From Spirochaetales bacterium (lineage in GTDB: Bacteria > Spirochaetota > Spirochaetia > JABEVK01): 64,000 nt of DNA. A model generated the notes under the pieces. That model was given only the letters and a program-made list of their open reading frames with translations. It did not search any database and was not told the origin of the DNA. Location of the stretch: positions 160,001 through 224,000 of the forward strand of contig JBAXAI010000002.1 in assembly GCA_037142615.1 (NCBI GenBank), read 5' to 3'. Below, piece by piece: positions 18,428 through 27,386 of the stretch (the first letter of the stretch is position 1; each line of letters starts with the position of its first letter). The position numbers were made by a program, and so were the translations under genes.

Positions 18428-20496
18428 TATTCTTTCAACCCCAGTTCCTCGAACAACTTCTTGTAAACTTCGAAATGCTCAGACTCAGCGAACTCCTGAA
18501 TCTTTTCGTCAGGCAGTGAGACCAGTAGCTTGTCCATGTACGCCAGAACGGCCTTGAGTTCGTCGCGAAGGCTTTCTGGAATGCCTCCTTCCGAACGAGC
18601 GGCCACTGGTGCGGGCGCGGGCGGGACGAACAAGGGTTCGGGGCGCTTTTCGGCGGGTTTGGCTGGTTCTGGCTCCATGTCAAACTCGTCAACGGTCTCA
18701 TAAATGGTCTCGTTGGGCAGTTGGGGCACTTCGAGTTCATCGTCGACCATGCGTTCTTGAGGCTTTTCCGCTGCCACAACAGGAAGTTCGTCGTCAAAGG
18801 GAATCTCGAGCCGTGAGTCGGAGGGGGGGAGGGGGTCGTCGAAGCTGGTATCGAAGCTGTCCTCGATGGAATCACCGGGCAAGAGATCGACCGTCAAGTC
18901 GTCATCCAAGGATTCCGGGAACGCCTCTTCTTCCAGCTCGATGCTCTCGGGAACACCCTTTTCCGTTTCGGGCTCGGGGTCGAAAATGGAGCTTTCGTCG
19001 TCTTCGAGTGACGTGCCAGCAAAGAACTCCTCATCGGTAACGTGCGAACTCGCGTCGGAGTCGTCCGAGCTCGGCAAGGGAGGCAGGTTGCCTTCCTCAT
19101 CGGTCAGGATCAGGTCTTCTTCCAAGCTTTCGCCGGTGTCTTCGGCCTCGCTGATTTCTGCGGTCGAAAGGATGTTGTCGAGTTCGTCGCCGGTCAGCGC
19201 GATAGTTTCATCGTCCTCTTCATCAAAGAACCCCTTGTGCTCCTTGATCTCTTCGTCGGCCGCTTCAAGCGATTCGGGCGTTACAGCAGGAGCTTGGGGA
19301 ACCGGCTCGGCGGCCACCGCAGCGGGAAGGCCTCGGAAGCCCGAAAGATCCTTCTTCAGATCCGAGATCTCCCGCTTGATCGAAGAGAGTTCCTGTTCGA
19401 TCTTGCTCAGAATGGCAGCGGCGGTGTCGGTGGTTCCCGACGGAGCCCCGGCGGCCTGGGGACGGATTCCGCTGGTGAGGTTTTCCTCGAGCGCCATCAG
19501 GTGGTCCATGTCGGTGTGGTCGTCAGGATTCAGCGACTCGTCCAGAATGGTTTCCTCAAAGTCGCCGGAGGCTTCCAAGGTCAAGTCGTTGGCGTCGAGA
19601 TCGACGTCGAAGTCCATCGGTTCGGAGGCCACGGAGTCTACTCGCGGCTGAACCGGGCCGTCGAAGTCGGTGATCTCCTCGAAATCGCCAAACTCCGCCA
19701 AGTCTACGTCTTGTGATCCGGCCAAGGGCTGCGGTACCGGGGCTTCGCGGACGGTCTGGGCACCTTCGAGGATTTCCAGTTCCTGGTCGCCGATATCGTC
19801 GTCGATGTCAATGTCGATGTCCAGGAACTCCTCGCCGAACTCTTCGTCGGCGCCCGCCATCGTGGTGGCTGTGCCGACCTCGGCCGGGCTTTCGGGCAAC
19901 TCGGCCTCGACGTCATCAAAGCTCACAAAATCGTCAAGGGATATTTCGTCGAACTCGGCTGAGCCCGCCGGGGCCTCGGTGGTCTTGGCCTCTGGCGAGT
20001 CCAGAACTTCCATTTCGTCATCGAGGGGATTCTGCTCGCCTTCCAACGGTTCATCGCTCACCGTGACAAAGTCAAACTGGTCATCCAAGCTGGCAAGCTC
20101 TTCGCTGGAAAGGAAATCTTCTTCGGGGAGGCCGTCGGAGGAGGCCGCGGAAACGGGGACAATCTCGTCAGGGAGGTCGAAGTCGGGCATTTCCATTTCG
20201 GGGATATCGCTGGGATCGGACACAGCCTCGCTCTTGGAATCCAGGTCGTCCATCGAGGGAAGGTCATCCATGGAAGGCAGGTCATCGAGGTCGGGCAGGG
20301 ACATTTCGTCCATTTCCGGCAGATCTTCCAGACCCGGCAGACCGTCTGTCACGTCCTCGGGAGCGCTCTTGACCCAGACGCCGAACTCGTCCCCGGCGCC
20401 CGACGCCGCTGCGCCTTCAGACTCGCCCTCCAGCGGGACTTCGTCAAAGGAGAAGGTGTCCAGATCGTCGAGTTCAAAATCCTTGTCTTCGGGCAT
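18427..20496 (-). CDS. Very acidic low-complexity protein with a helical C-terminal domain
   Basis: D/E-rich 689 aa; islands DEFGVWVK, coiled coil ILSKIEQELSSIKREISDLK, DETIALTGDELDNIL; C-terminus ELKAVLAYMDKLL...YKKLFEELG. Confidence 0.85.
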   Translation of the reverse strand: MPEDKDFELDDLDTFSFDEVPLEGESEGAAASGAGDEFGVWVKSAPEDVTDGLPGLEDLPEMDEMSLPDLDDLPSMDDLPSMDDLDSKSEAVSDPSDIPEMEMPDFDLPDEIVPVSAASSDGLPEEDFLSSEELASLDDQFDFVTVSDEPLEGEQNPLDDEMEVLDSPEAKTTEAPAGSAEFDEISLDDFVSFDDVEAELPESPAEVGTATTMAGADEEFGEEFLDIDIDIDDDIGDQELEILEGAQTVREAPVPQPLAGSQDVDLAEFGDFEEITDFDGPVQPRVDSVASEPMDFDVDLDANDLTLEASGDFEETILDESLNPDDHTDMDHLMALEENLTSGIRPQAAGAPSGTTDTAAAILSKIEQELSSIKREISDLKKDLSGFRGLPAAVAAEPVPQAPAVTPESLEAADEEIKEHKGFFDEEDDETIALTGDELDNILSTAEISEAEDTGESLEEDLILTDEEGNLPPLPSSDDSDASSHVTDEEFFAGTSLEDDESSIFDPEPETEKGVPESIELEEEAFPESLDDDLTVDLLPGDSIEDSFDTSFDDPLPPSDSRLEIPFDDELPVVAAEKPQERMVDDELEVPQLPNETIYETVDEFDMEPEPAKPAEKRPEPLFVPPAPAPVAARSEGGIPESLRDELKAVLAYMDKLLVSLPDEKIQEFAESEHFEVYKKLFEELGLKE

Positions 20497-20526
20497 AACG
20501 GTCTCCTGTCCCAGGCTTTCAATCCA

Positions 20527-20553
20527 TTATCGGTGGGTCGTAGCCATTCTTAA
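20527..20553 (-). promoter_or_regulatory. sigma28 (FliA)-type promoter
   Basis: TTAA-N15-ACCGATAA, against consensus TAAA-N15-GCCGATAA. Confidence 0.65.
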
Positions 20554-20625
20554 TGATACAGAAGAAGAAAGCTTTACGCCATGTTTTTTTCCAGTTTTCC
20601 AACGTTGGCGCCGATAATCACCCCT

Positions 20626-21114
20626 ATGAAGGGGAAAAAAATCCTCCTTTCCCTGTGGTTGGCCACTGCTGCCTTCTGTCTCCTCCAAATTGTCGCCGGA
20701 CCGAATGGGTTCCTCGTCACAGCCAAGCTACAGGACGACGCCCAGCGTCTCGACAAACGCCTCTCGGCTTTGGCCGAGGACAACGCGCGCTTGCAGGCGA
20801 GGTTTGACGCGCTGCAGTCCAGTTCTGAGGCCGTCCGTCTCGAGGCCCGGCGTCTGGGTTGGTTCCGGGCCGGCGAGATTCCCGTCAAAGTTATGGAGGG
20901 GCAGGGTTTCCATCTGCCAACCAAGGCACCCGACTTCACCTTGGCTCTACCGAGCGCAACCGAGGCCCCGGCAGAGGTGTTCTTCCGGTTGGCCTGGTTC
21001 CTGTTCGTCGCTCTGTTCTGGGGTCTGCTCACCCTCTGGGACCTCCTTCGGGACCGGGAGTTGCTTCCGCGCGGCCTCATTGTTCGCGGACGGCTAGATT
21101 TGTTCCGCCATTAA
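20626..21114 (+). CDS. ftsB: Septum formation initiator FtsB/DivIC-like protein
   Basis: TM, GPNGF, coiled coil, EARRLGWFRAGE. Confidence 0.7.
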   Translation: MKGKKILLSLWLATAAFCLLQIVAGPNGFLVTAKLQDDAQRLDKRLSALAEDNARLQARFDALQSSSEAVRLEARRLGWFRAGEIPVKVMEGQGFHLPTKAPDFTLALPSATEAPAEVFFRLAWFLFVALFWGLLTLWDLLRDRELLPRGLIVRGRLDLFRH

Positions 21115-21177
21115 CATTATAATGACGTGAATTTCTCTCTACGCGCCATCGATGCGCCGCTATTTTCAAAGGATTTT

Positions 21178-23124
21178 ATGACATTTGACGAGTATTCCTT
21201 TCACGACAAGCTCCTTGCGGGAATCAAGGACATGGGCTTTGTCGAACCTACGCCGGTGCAGGCGGAAACCTTCCAGCTGATTGCCCAGAACAAGGACATT
21301 GAAGCCCAGTCGCAGACGGGAACCGGCAAAACCGCCGCTTTTCTCATCTCGGGCTTCCAGTTGATGATGACGGACCCCAAATACCAGGGTCGCAAGATGT
21401 TGGTCATTGCTCCTACCCGCGAACTCGCTGACCAGATCGAAAAAGAGGCCCAAGCCGTGGGTAAGTACCTCGGCTTCCGCATTGGCAGTTTCTATGGAGG
21501 CGTCGGGTACGCCCAACAGGAAAAACTTCTGTCCGAAGGCGTCGATGTGATGATCGGCACTCCAGGTCGCCTTCTCGATTTTGTGGGGCAGGGCAAGGCG
21601 AACTTCGCCGAAGTTGGCGTGCTTGTCATTGACGAAGCCGACCGCCTGTTTGACATGGGCTTTTACCCTGACCTGCGCCAAATGCTGCGCACCATGAGCC
21701 CACCGGAAGACCGCCGCACCATGCTTTACAGCGCCACCCTTTCGCCCAACGTGATGAACCTCGCCTGGGAGTACATGCGCGACCCCGGTCAGATCGTCAT
21801 CGAGCCCGAACACATCACCGTCGAGAAGATTACCCAGGAGCTCTATCACGTCAGCACCGAGGAAAAGTTCGGTGTGCTGCTCGGCGTGATGAAGAAAGAG
21901 AACGCCAAGACGGTGATCATCTTCACCAACACCAAACACAACGCGGTGAGGGTGGCCAAGCGCCTGGAACTCAATGGTTACGAGACCGAGTACATCATGG
22001 GTGACCTGCCCCAAGCCAAGCGCCTGAAGATCATCGAGGACATGAAGGCGGGTAAGACGCCCGTGCTCGTGGCCACCGATGTGGCGGCCCGGGGCCTTCA
22101 CATCAACGGTCTTGACCTGGTGGTCAACTACGACTTGCCTACCGAAGCCGAAAACTACGTGCACCGCATCGGCCGCACCGCACGCGCCGGTCAATCCGGA
22201 AAGGCCGTGTCGTTGGCCTGCGAAAAGTACGTCTACGGACTCAAGGCCATCGAGGAGTTTGCCAACACCAAGATTCCCGTCTCTTGGTTCACCGACGCTG
22301 ATGCCGTAGCTGACAAGAGCAAAGGCGTCTACATTCAGGTCGACGAAGACGACCGTCCGCGCGATCGCGATGGTCGCGGACGTGGCCGGGATGGGGGCCG
22401 GGGTCGCGACAGTTCGCGCGGCGGTCCTCCCCGCAGCGGCGCTCCCCGCGAGCATACGGGAGAACGGCCTCCACGCCCCGAGGGGGCCAGGCCCGAAAGT
22501 GCCCGTCCCGATGGTGGCCGCCGTGATGGTCGGCCCGACCGAGGTGGTCGTGACCGCGACAAGCCTTTGACCATCCGTTCCTCACCGCTGGTGAATGAAG
22601 TCACCGGCATGCGTTTTCTGAAAGACGGCATGGAAACCAAGGGCAAACAGTCGTCGCAAGCCGACCGCATTGCGGCTGCGGCAGCCGCCGTTGGGCCCAA
22701 ACGAGGTCGAGGACCCCGGAAAGAAGGGGCTCCGGCGGGTGAAGGCGGCAAACGTCGCGATGGTCGAAACGGAGAGCCTCGCGGAAGGGCCCCCGAAGGC
22801 GCAGTCGCCCGCGAAGGCCAAGCTCCCCGGGCCGAGCGTCCCGCAGGCGATCGGGCTCCGGGCAACCGGCCTCCCCGTGACGGCCACGTGCGCGATGGGC
22901 AACCTCGTGACAACCGCGGTCGCGACAACCGGGGCAAGGATCCTCGCCGGGCGCCCCAAGGTGCCAAGGGTTCGGCAAAGCCTCAGGGTGATCGTTTGGA
23001 TTACTACAAGTCGAAGTATGGTGAGGACTTCAAGCCTGCCGCCTCGCAGGAAGGGTCGAAGAAAGGTCCGGGCCTGCTGGGCCGCATAGCCGGGATTTTC
23101 GGGCTGGGCAAAAAAGACAAGTGA
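21178..23124 (+). CDS. DEAD-box RNA helicase (RhlB-like) with a long R/G/P-rich tail
   Basis: QTGTGKT, PTRELA, DEAD, SAT, HRIGRTARAG. Confidence 0.93.
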   Translation: MTFDEYSFHDKLLAGIKDMGFVEPTPVQAETFQLIAQNKDIEAQSQTGTGKTAAFLISGFQLMMTDPKYQGRKMLVIAPTRELADQIEKEAQAVGKYLGFRIGSFYGGVGYAQQEKLLSEGVDVMIGTPGRLLDFVGQGKANFAEVGVLVIDEADRLFDMGFYPDLRQMLRTMSPPEDRRTMLYSATLSPNVMNLAWEYMRDPGQIVIEPEHITVEKITQELYHVSTEEKFGVLLGVMKKENAKTVIIFTNTKHNAVRVAKRLELNGYETEYIMGDLPQAKRLKIIEDMKAGKTPVLVATDVAARGLHINGLDLVVNYDLPTEAENYVHRIGRTARAGQSGKAVSLACEKYVYGLKAIEEFANTKIPVSWFTDADAVADKSKGVYIQVDEDDRPRDRDGRGRGRDGGRGRDSSRGGPPRSGAPREHTGERPPRPEGARPESARPDGGRRDGRPDRGGRDRDKPLTIRSSPLVNEVTGMRFLKDGMETKGKQSSQADRIAAAAAAVGPKRGRGPRKEGAPAGEGGKRRDGRNGEPRGRAPEGAVAREGQAPRAERPAGDRAPGNRPPRDGHVRDGQPRDNRGRDNRGKDPRRAPQGAKGSAKPQGDRLDYYKSKYGEDFKPAASQEGSKKGPGLLGRIAGIFGLGKKDK

Positions 23125-23669
23125 AACAGGTTCTGGTCGTTCTGGCACCCGGCTTCGAGGAACTCGAGGCCGTGGCTCCGATTGACCTGGGCCGCCGAGC
23201 CGGCCTGATCGTTACCATCGCCGGGCTCGATTCCTTGACGGTCACCAGCAAGCGCGGGCTGACCGTCACCTGCGACGAGCTTCTGGACCCCCAAAAGCGC
23301 CATTGGGACGCCCTTGTGCTCCCGGGCGGGCTTCCAGGGGCCGACCATCTCGCAGCCTCCCCCAAAATAGCTGAGCTTTTGGCGTGGTTTGAAACCGAAG
23401 GCCGGTGGATTGCCGCTATCTGCGCGGCGCCTGCCCGGGTGCTTGGTTCCCAAGGCCTGCTGAAAGGTCGTCGATGGACAGGTTTCCCCGGAACTGACGA
23501 CCAGGCCTTCGGTGGGTTCTACCAGAGCTCACCGGTCGTCGTCGATGGTCACGTGTTGACCAGCCGTGGTGTAGGTACGGCAACCGAGTTCTCGCTGAAA
23601 CTGATCAGCCTGCTGCTGGGTGAAGTGGTGGCCACGCGTGTGGCCCGGGAAACGCTCCTAGCGGACTAG
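23121..23669 (+). CDS. DJ-1/PfpI/YajL family protein
   Basis: GFEELEAV, LPGGLPGA, AAICAAP, TSRGVGTA. Confidence 0.9.
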   Translation: MKQVLVVLAPGFEELEAVAPIDLGRRAGLIVTIAGLDSLTVTSKRGLTVTCDELLDPQKRHWDALVLPGGLPGADHLAASPKIAELLAWFETEGRWIAAICAAPARVLGSQGLLKGRRWTGFPGTDDQAFGGFYQSSPVVVDGHVLTSRGVGTATEFSLKLISLLLGEVVATRVARETLLAD

Positions 23670-23780
23670 GGTCGCTGGAGCCTCGGCCGTCGCTCCCGCA
23701 GGGCCCGCGCCATCGTCGATGGCACCGACAAAGGTAAAGACGGCCAGCATCAAAACCAGACCAATCATGAACTTACGCAT
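23658..23780 (-). CDS. 40-aa small membrane/secreted protein (not in the ORF track)
   Basis: SD GGAGGTGA; MRKFMIGLVLMLAVFTFVGAIDDGAGPAGATAEAPATLVR*; GCCGATAA upstream. Confidence 0.65.
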   Translation of the reverse strand: MRKFMIGLVLMLAVFTFVGAIDDGAGPAGATAEAPATLVR

Positions 23781-23825
23781 ATCACCTCCATGTGATGACG
23801 GCCAACTTGGTGGCCGTCGGGGCAT

Positions 23826-23852
23826 TTATCGGCATCCTGCCTGCCCCGTGCA
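23826..23852 (-). promoter_or_regulatory. Possible sigma28 promoter of the small ORF
   Basis: TGCA-N15-GCCGATAA; perfect -10, weak -35. Confidence 0.45.
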
Positions 23853-23855
23853 AAC

Positions 23856-24953
23856 TCAGTACAAGTAATTCAGCGGATTCAAAGGGTTGTTCCATTTGAA
23901 GATCGAGAAGTGCAGGTGTGTACCGGTGCTGTAGCCGGTGTTGCCCATCAGGCCGATCTGTTGGCCCTGGTTGACGTATTGGCCGGCTGACACCACAAAC
24001 TTCTTGAGGTGGCCGTACAACGTTTGGAAGCCGCCCTCGTGACTGACAAGTATGTAGTTGCCGTACGACGAATTGAACCCAGTGTCTGTGACGCGGCCTT
24101 CCATGGCTGCCCGGACGGCGGTTCCCATCGAGTTCGCAAAGTCCACCCCATTGTGGAAGGTTCGGATTCCGGTGAAGGGGTCCTTGCGGGTACCAAAACG
24201 GCTGGTGATGACACCATTGGTAGGCAGGATGAACAGCTCCCCAAGGGCTTCCCGGAGGTCTCGGGCCGAAAGACTGGCGCCGGGAAGGAAGACTTTTTGC
24301 CCGGGAGCAAGAACGGGCGTGGTAAGCCGGTTGGCCTCGAGAATTGTCTCGTAGGCGATCTTCCAGGTGCGCGCCAAGCCCGAGAGGCTGTCGCCTTTCT
24401 GTACGGTATACAACACTCCCACCGAGTTCGGGATCTTCAGGTCCGTTCCGATGCCGACCCGCCGGACATTCTTGATGCCATTGAAGCTGATCAGCGTGCT
24501 GAGGTTGAGGTTGTACTTATTGGCGATGGCCGAGAGCATATCACCCTTTTGAAGCACGTAGCTTTGCAGTTCGAGGGGAGGGGCCTTCTCGTTGGATACG
24601 GCCTGCTCGATTGTCATCGGCTCTGAGTCGTCTACCAGCAGCCTTCCCAGATCGGGCGCGTTGAGCAGAAGGTGGGGGAGCTTGATGTCCTGCGGAAAGT
24701 CCATGCCCGCGGGGAGGCGGAAGTCGCGAGCCGGCATCAGCACCGGAGACAGGAGGCCCAGCAGCAGGATAAACGTGAGCACCGCCATGCCGAACGGAAG
24801 AACCTGGAAAGGATTTCCCTCGAGTCGTTCGCGGAGCGTGCTGTCAAGCAAACGGAAGTTGTTGGGAACAGCCACTGCCCAAACCTGGGGCCGGTCAGCT
24901 CGTGGGGCATTGGGGCGTTTCTGAACGTTCTGAATCTGCATTGAAACCTTCAT
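23856..24953 (-). CDS. LysM/M23 peptidase
   Basis: Two LysM repeats; HNGVD and HLHF motifs. Confidence 0.92.
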   Translation of the reverse strand: MKVSMQIQNVQKRPNAPRADRPQVWAVAVPNNFRLLDSTLRERLEGNPFQVLPFGMAVLTFILLLGLLSPVLMPARDFRLPAGMDFPQDIKLPHLLLNAPDLGRLLVDDSEPMTIEQAVSNEKAPPLELQSYVLQKGDMLSAIANKYNLNLSTLISFNGIKNVRRVGIGTDLKIPNSVGVLYTVQKGDSLSGLARTWKIAYETILEANRLTTPVLAPGQKVFLPGASLSARDLREALGELFILPTNGVITSRFGTRKDPFTGIRTFHNGVDFANSMGTAVRAAMEGRVTDTGFNSSYGNYILVSHEGGFQTLYGHLKKFVVSAGQYVNQGQQIGLMGNTGYSTGTHLHFSIFKWNNPLNPLNYLY

Positions 24954-25002
24954 GCGCTCTCCCGTGGTTTCAGTATCGACAACCCCGGGTCACTTGATTA
25001 AT

Positions 25003-25512
25003 ATGAATCCTCGTATGAAGAAGCAGGGCAGGGTCTACCTGCTGATATTCCCCGTCTGCGCTGTCCTCATCGTCGCCGTCCAATCGTTGTTGGTGACCTT
25101 CGTCCAGGTAAAGGGCAACTCGATGGTTCCCACTTACCACGATGGGCAGGTCCTGCTCGTCAACCGGGCGGCTTTCGGGATCCGGTGGCCTATCATAGGA
25201 GATTCCGCTCTTTTCTGGAACCCCCCCCGCGACGGCGATGTCGTGGTCCTTCGCCGACCCGACACGTCACGGCTCGTGGTCAAGCGAGTGGTCGCGACGG
25301 GAGGCCAGGAGCTGTCTGTGAACTCGCATCAACTCCAGACTGCATCGAGGCTTGTTTCACTTTCCGAGGCCCAGGAATACTGGCTTTCTTCTGTTCGCAA
25401 AGTGCCTGCAGAAAGCCTGTTGGTCGTCGGCGACAACGCGGTTGACTCGGAGGATTCGCGCGACTGGGGCTTTGTTCCGCTTGACAACATCATAGGCGCT
25501 CCATGGCAATAA
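25003..25512 (+). CDS. lepB: Signal peptidase I
   Basis: GNSMVPT, VKRVVA, GDNAVDSEDSRDWG. Start may be 25015. Confidence 0.88.
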   Translation: MNPRMKKQGRVYLLIFPVCAVLIVAVQSLLVTFVQVKGNSMVPTYHDGQVLLVNRAAFGIRWPIIGDSALFWNPPRDGDVVVLRRPDTSRLVVKRVVATGGQELSVNSHQLQTASRLVSLSEAQEYWLSSVRKVPAESLLVVGDNAVDSEDSRDWGFVPLDNIIGAPWQ

Positions 25513-27386
25513 AGCCTCGATTACCGCTACAGTTAGGCAGTCGTTCGTGGATCTTCCTGGGTCTGACCGGCTTGGTCGCGTTGCTCTTGCTGGGGCAGTA
25601 CGCCTGGATCATGCTCTTCCCTCCGGTGGGTGCGACCCCCGGGCTCACGTTCACCCAGGTGGAGCGCGGACCCATTCTCGACCGGGAAGGTCGCCTGCTG
25701 GCGGTGACCAACCGGGTCGATACTGCCACGGTTTGGAGGCCTCAGCTCCAGAACCCTCAGCAGGAGGCCGCGCAGTTGGCCGGCCTTCTCAATATTGACG
25801 CCAGCGACCTCACCGAGAAGCTTTCCAATGGACCGCAGTTTCAGTACCTCAAACGAAAGCTGACGCAAAAAGAGAGCACGGCGCTGCGGGAGCTCAAAGC
25901 AAAGGGTGACCTGGCGGGAGTCAACCTTGTGCAGGAGTTTGGCCGAAGCTACCCGGAAGGCGCGCTGGCCGCTTCGCTTCTGGGCTACGTCGGTGTCGAT
26001 AACATTGGTCTTGCCGGCATCGAGTACACGTTCAACAATGTGTTGGCCCCTGCCATCATTGGGAAAACTGACGAAAAGACGGGCGCCTCGGTATACCTGA
26101 CGCTGGATTCTGTTTTGCAGTACGAAGCCGAGAAGATCGCCGCCACCACCCTTGAGACCAACCAGGCAACCCGGGTCAACATCCTGGTCAGCGACGCGAA
26201 GAGCGGAGAGATTCTGGTGTGGGCCACCAGCCCCGGGTTCGACCTCAATCATGTCCAGGGGGTTCCCGACGAGGTGCGGAACAACGCCCTGCAAACGCGA
26301 GCCTATGAGCCCGGTTCGGTTTTCAAAGTCTTCTCGCTGTCGACCATGCTCGATGCTGGCGTGCTCAAGCCCACCGACACCTTTGAGGCCAACGGCTTCT
26401 ATGAACACACCATTGCCAGCACGGGTGAGGTGATTCGCATCCGTGACTTGGCCTCGTACGGACGCATCGATGTTGCGGGCATCCTGCTGCATTCTTCGAA
26501 CGCAGGCACTGGCTACGCGTCGGACCGCATCGAAGCGGCACCTTTCGAGGCGGGCCTCCGCCGGTACGGGTTCGGGCAGTCGACCGCGATCTCGCTCAAC
26601 GGCGAAACCCCGGGAATCCTTCAGCCCTCGACCACGTGGTCGGGACGCTCCAAGCCGACCATTGCCATGGGCCAGGAAATCGGCGTTTCGGCGCTGCAGA
26701 TTGTCCAGGCAGCGTCGGTCTTGGCAAACGCGGGGGTCATGGTGAAGCCTTGGGTGGTCAGCCGGGTGGTTTCGGCCACCGGAGAGGTGCTGGTCGAGAA
26801 CTCCCGTACCGAGGTCCGCCAGGTCATCCAGGCCAAGACGGCGGCACTCGTGCTCGACATGCTCAAGGGCACGGTGGAAACCGGTACCGGCAAGCGTGCT
26901 CGCATTGAAGGCTATGACTTGGCAGGCAAGACGGGAACCGCTCAAGTTCGCGACCCGGCCACCGGCCGCTATTCCGACCTGAACTATTTGGCGTCTGTCC
27001 TGTTATACCTGCCGGCCGAGGCTCCCCGCTACATCATCTACCTGACGATAGAGCATCCACTGGGGGCCAGTTACCTCGGAGGGCAAATTGCCGCGCCCGT
27101 GGGCAAGCAGATCGCTGAAAAGCTGATTCAGCTCAAAGCGCTTCCCCGAACCGGCGAGGACGTGGTCAGCCACAGCGGTTCGGTCAGGGTCGAGGTGCCC
27201 AAGCCGCTGGTCATCGGCGACTCCTTGCCCGACCTGACAGGGCTTTCCAAGCGCGCCTTGCTCCCCTTGTTGAGCCGCCCGGATCTGCAGGTTCGCCTTC
27301 AGGGCCAGGGCTGGGTCGTGCGGCAAAGTCCTGCGGCGGGTACCCCGCTGACGGCAGGGCTCGTGGTGACGGTCGAGCTGGAATGA
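25503..27386 (+). CDS. ftsI: Class B PBP (FtsI-like) with PASTA domain
   Basis: RGPILDR, EPGSVFK, SSN, KTGT. Confidence 0.85.
   Translation: MAIKPRLPLQLGSRSWIFLGLTGLVALLLLGQYAWIMLFPPVGATPGLTFTQVERGPILDREGRLLAVTNRVDTATVWRPQLQNPQQEAAQLAGLLNIDASDLTEKLSNGPQFQYLKRKLTQKESTALRELKAKGDLAGVNLVQEFGRSYPEGALAASLLGYVGVDNIGLAGIEYTFNNVLAPAIIGKTDEKTGASVYLTLDSVLQYEAEKIAATTLETNQATRVNILVSDAKSGEILVWATSPGFDLNHVQGVPDEVRNNALQTRAYEPGSVFKVFSLSTMLDAGVLKPTDTFEANGFYEHTIASTGEVIRIRDLASYGRIDVAGILLHSSNAGTGYASDRIEAAPFEAGLRRYGFGQSTAISLNGETPGILQPSTTWSGRSKPTIAMGQEIGVSALQIVQAASVLANAGVMVKPWVVSRVVSATGEVLVENSRTEVRQVIQAKTAALVLDMLKGTVETGTGKRARIEGYDLAGKTGTAQVRDPATGRYSDLNYLASVLLYLPAEAPRYIIYLTIEHPLGASYLGGQIAAPVGKQIAEKLIQLKALPRTGEDVVSHSGSVRVEVPKPLVIGDSLPDLTGLSKRALLPLLSRPDLQVRLQGQGWVVRQSPAAGTPLTAGLVVTVELE

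Noticed and set aside
18866-20617. Long Ser-rich plus-strand ORFs, and other long antisense ORFs such as 21166-22455, 25533-26945, 54793-56118 and 58820-59968
   Set aside because: These are shadow frames of real genes, caused by codon bias at high GC.
20610-20617. sigma28 promoter for ftsB (GCCGATAA)
   Set aside because: No -35 TAAA at the right spacing; equally explained as a sigma70 -10 (GATAAT) 7 nt before the ATG.
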